NCBI GenBank assembly: GCA_964016885.1 | Contig: OZ024745.1 | Span: 105,028,001 to 105,092,000 of the forward strand | Direction of reading: 5' to 3' | DNA: 64,000 nt | DNA from: Eledone cirrhosa | Taxonomy: Eukaryota | In this document: positions 62,362 to 64,000 of the stretch, piece after piece | How the letters are laid out: the number at the start of each line of letters is the position of its first letter | Position numbering within the stretch: the stretch's first letter is position 1 | Notes under the pieces: model-generated | Told to the model about the DNA's origin: nothing | Database searches by the model: none | What the model saw: only the letters and a program-made list of their open reading frames with translations | Program-made: the position numbers and the translations under genes

Positions 62362-62540
62362 AGGGTGGTATCAGTAGAGGGTTGGACGCCAAGCTTTGCA
62401 GCATAAAGTTACGGTCCTTTACGGTCTGAGTTCAAATCCTGCCGATATTAACTTTGCCTTTCATCCTTATGTGGTCGACAAAATAAAGTACCAGTAATGT
62501 ACTGGGGTAATTGCTGGCCTTGTGCCAATAGTAGAAACAA
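62362..62540 (+). mobile_element. SINE-A copy with deleted head
   Basis: B box GAGTTCAAATCC, same core and GTAGAAACAATT end; ATTATTTTTC on both flanks. Confidence 0.82.
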
Positions 62541-63354
62541 TTATTTTTCTTCTTCTTTGCCCACATATTCCAGAGAGAGTCGTTGGGGCAGTCCTCAAAC
62601 ATTCCTTTCAGCAAGACTTGTCAGAAGCAACCGTTTCCAACTGATCTGGCTGAATCCCCAAATGAGACCAGCTGAGCTCATGGATGTTAAGTCAAATAAG
62701 CTAGCTTCTATGTTATTTCTCAACATGTTAGAAATAACAGCTAAATTCCACTCCATTAAATTAAAATCTAGTTTTGGATGCATACTGCGTGAATAAGAAA
62801 ACAAAAAAAAAAAGGGATGGTCAATGCATTTGATCATTAGTCTGCTTATCAGGTCTGACCTTCAGCTAAAGATCAACAATACCTGGTTCTATGTTACAAA
62901 GCCCTTTGTTTAAATGTGTTTATACTTAAATCTAAACCTTCCACCATAATTTTATCTAAGAACCCTTTAGATAATGAGAAATTTTGTTATATTACTAAAT
63001 TCCTCAAAATACTTGATAATTTTCAATAATTTAAAAATTAAACACAATCTTTCATTAGAAATATAGTAACAATCCATCATAATTTTATGTAAGAACCTAT
63101 CTTAAGCTATATTCCAAATAATAAGAAAGTTATATTACTAAATCCTTTCCAATTGTTAACATTTAATTATTTTAAGATCCTTGGCAGTGTTTTCATTTTG
63201 AAATATGGTAATAAAATGATTAAAGACTAGGCTGTTGTTGTTAATGTTTAGCCTCAAGTAAACATTCTGGCAGAAGGCAATCCAGCTGTGACCATCTCAT
63301 CTTGTTTTCAGGCATACTATATCTATAACTATCATATCCAATCTGTCCCATTTT

Positions 63355-63550
63355 TTAACCCTCTAGCATTTAAACCAGCTGTATCCAGCCAGGATTCTCT
63401 CACCCCTTTCTGTTCAAACAGGCTGTAACTGGCTGCTCTTGTTCATGTTAAGGTATTGTTCTCAAAATATATAATATCAAAATCTCATAGATTTTATATT
63501 ATGTGAGATAAAGCCTTTACTGTGAACATACAATAGTAAATATAGAGTAA
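63355..63550 (+). mobile_element. piggyBac-like MITE, partial
   Basis: TTAACCCTCTAGCATTTAAACC start; homologous to 36263-36470. Confidence 0.65.
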
Positions 63551-63910
63551 AGAGTTCAAGATGGCAATGCACAACTCAATGGAGATTCAACTGCTATTTC
63601 TAGCCTTGATATATAGACGTCCCACAATGTGGGCATATATGGAAGCAGATGACTGAAATCTTGTAACTAACTGTAAAAATAACAACATCAAATTCAATAA
63701 CTTTCAGACAGCTTTATTACCACTGATTTGTTTCATTCCATATGGAGACAAACATTTTTTAAAATAAAAATAAAAAAGGCAAAAAAAAAAGTTAGTTTGT
63801 TTTGAATATTTTTTCTTTTTTTTTTTGCAGAAACAATCATACATCTCTGTTGTTACAACCACTTAATGTTTTTATCATATGTATATTTACATACATATAT
63901 AGACATGGAC

Positions 63911-63942
<32 letters not shown>

Positions 63943-64000
63943 TCACATACATATATACACATGCACATATATATATATACACACCTACATAGATAGATAC

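Overview
AT-rich, microsatellite- and transposon-dense eukaryotic DNA; the repeat families look like those of a coleoid cephalopod, probably Octopus (inference). The window holds the 3' part of a + strand tubulin polyglutamylase gene (TTLL6/TTLL13-like). Six phase-compatible exons can be traced (1952-2137, 11929-12106, 13775-13996, 16419-16682, 29864-30041, 54952-55139); the TTL catalytic domain must lie upstream of the window. The introns and 3' flank contain RTE and CR1 LINE copies, two tRNA-derived SINE families, a near-complete DD37D (maT) Tc1/mariner, a mariner remnant, a Merlin/IS1595-like deletion derivative, TTAA-flanked piggyBac-like MITEs and non-autonomous Helitrons, two of which are nested in inverted orientation. 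The most notable signal is a dispersed set of fold-back elements in (TA)n runs that carry minimal hammerhead-ribozyme folds, probably Penelope-like terminal remnants. One such fold is in the sense of the host pre-mRNA and one variant is carried inside a Helitron. Also notable are RTE ORFs with a C4HC3 PHD finger inserted in the reverse transcriptase and a SINE with ATTA-starting target duplications. No CRISPR array, rRNA or genuine tRNA gene was found. All family assignments come from motif recall, not database searches, and repeat boundaries are approximate unless TIRs or TSDs are quoted.
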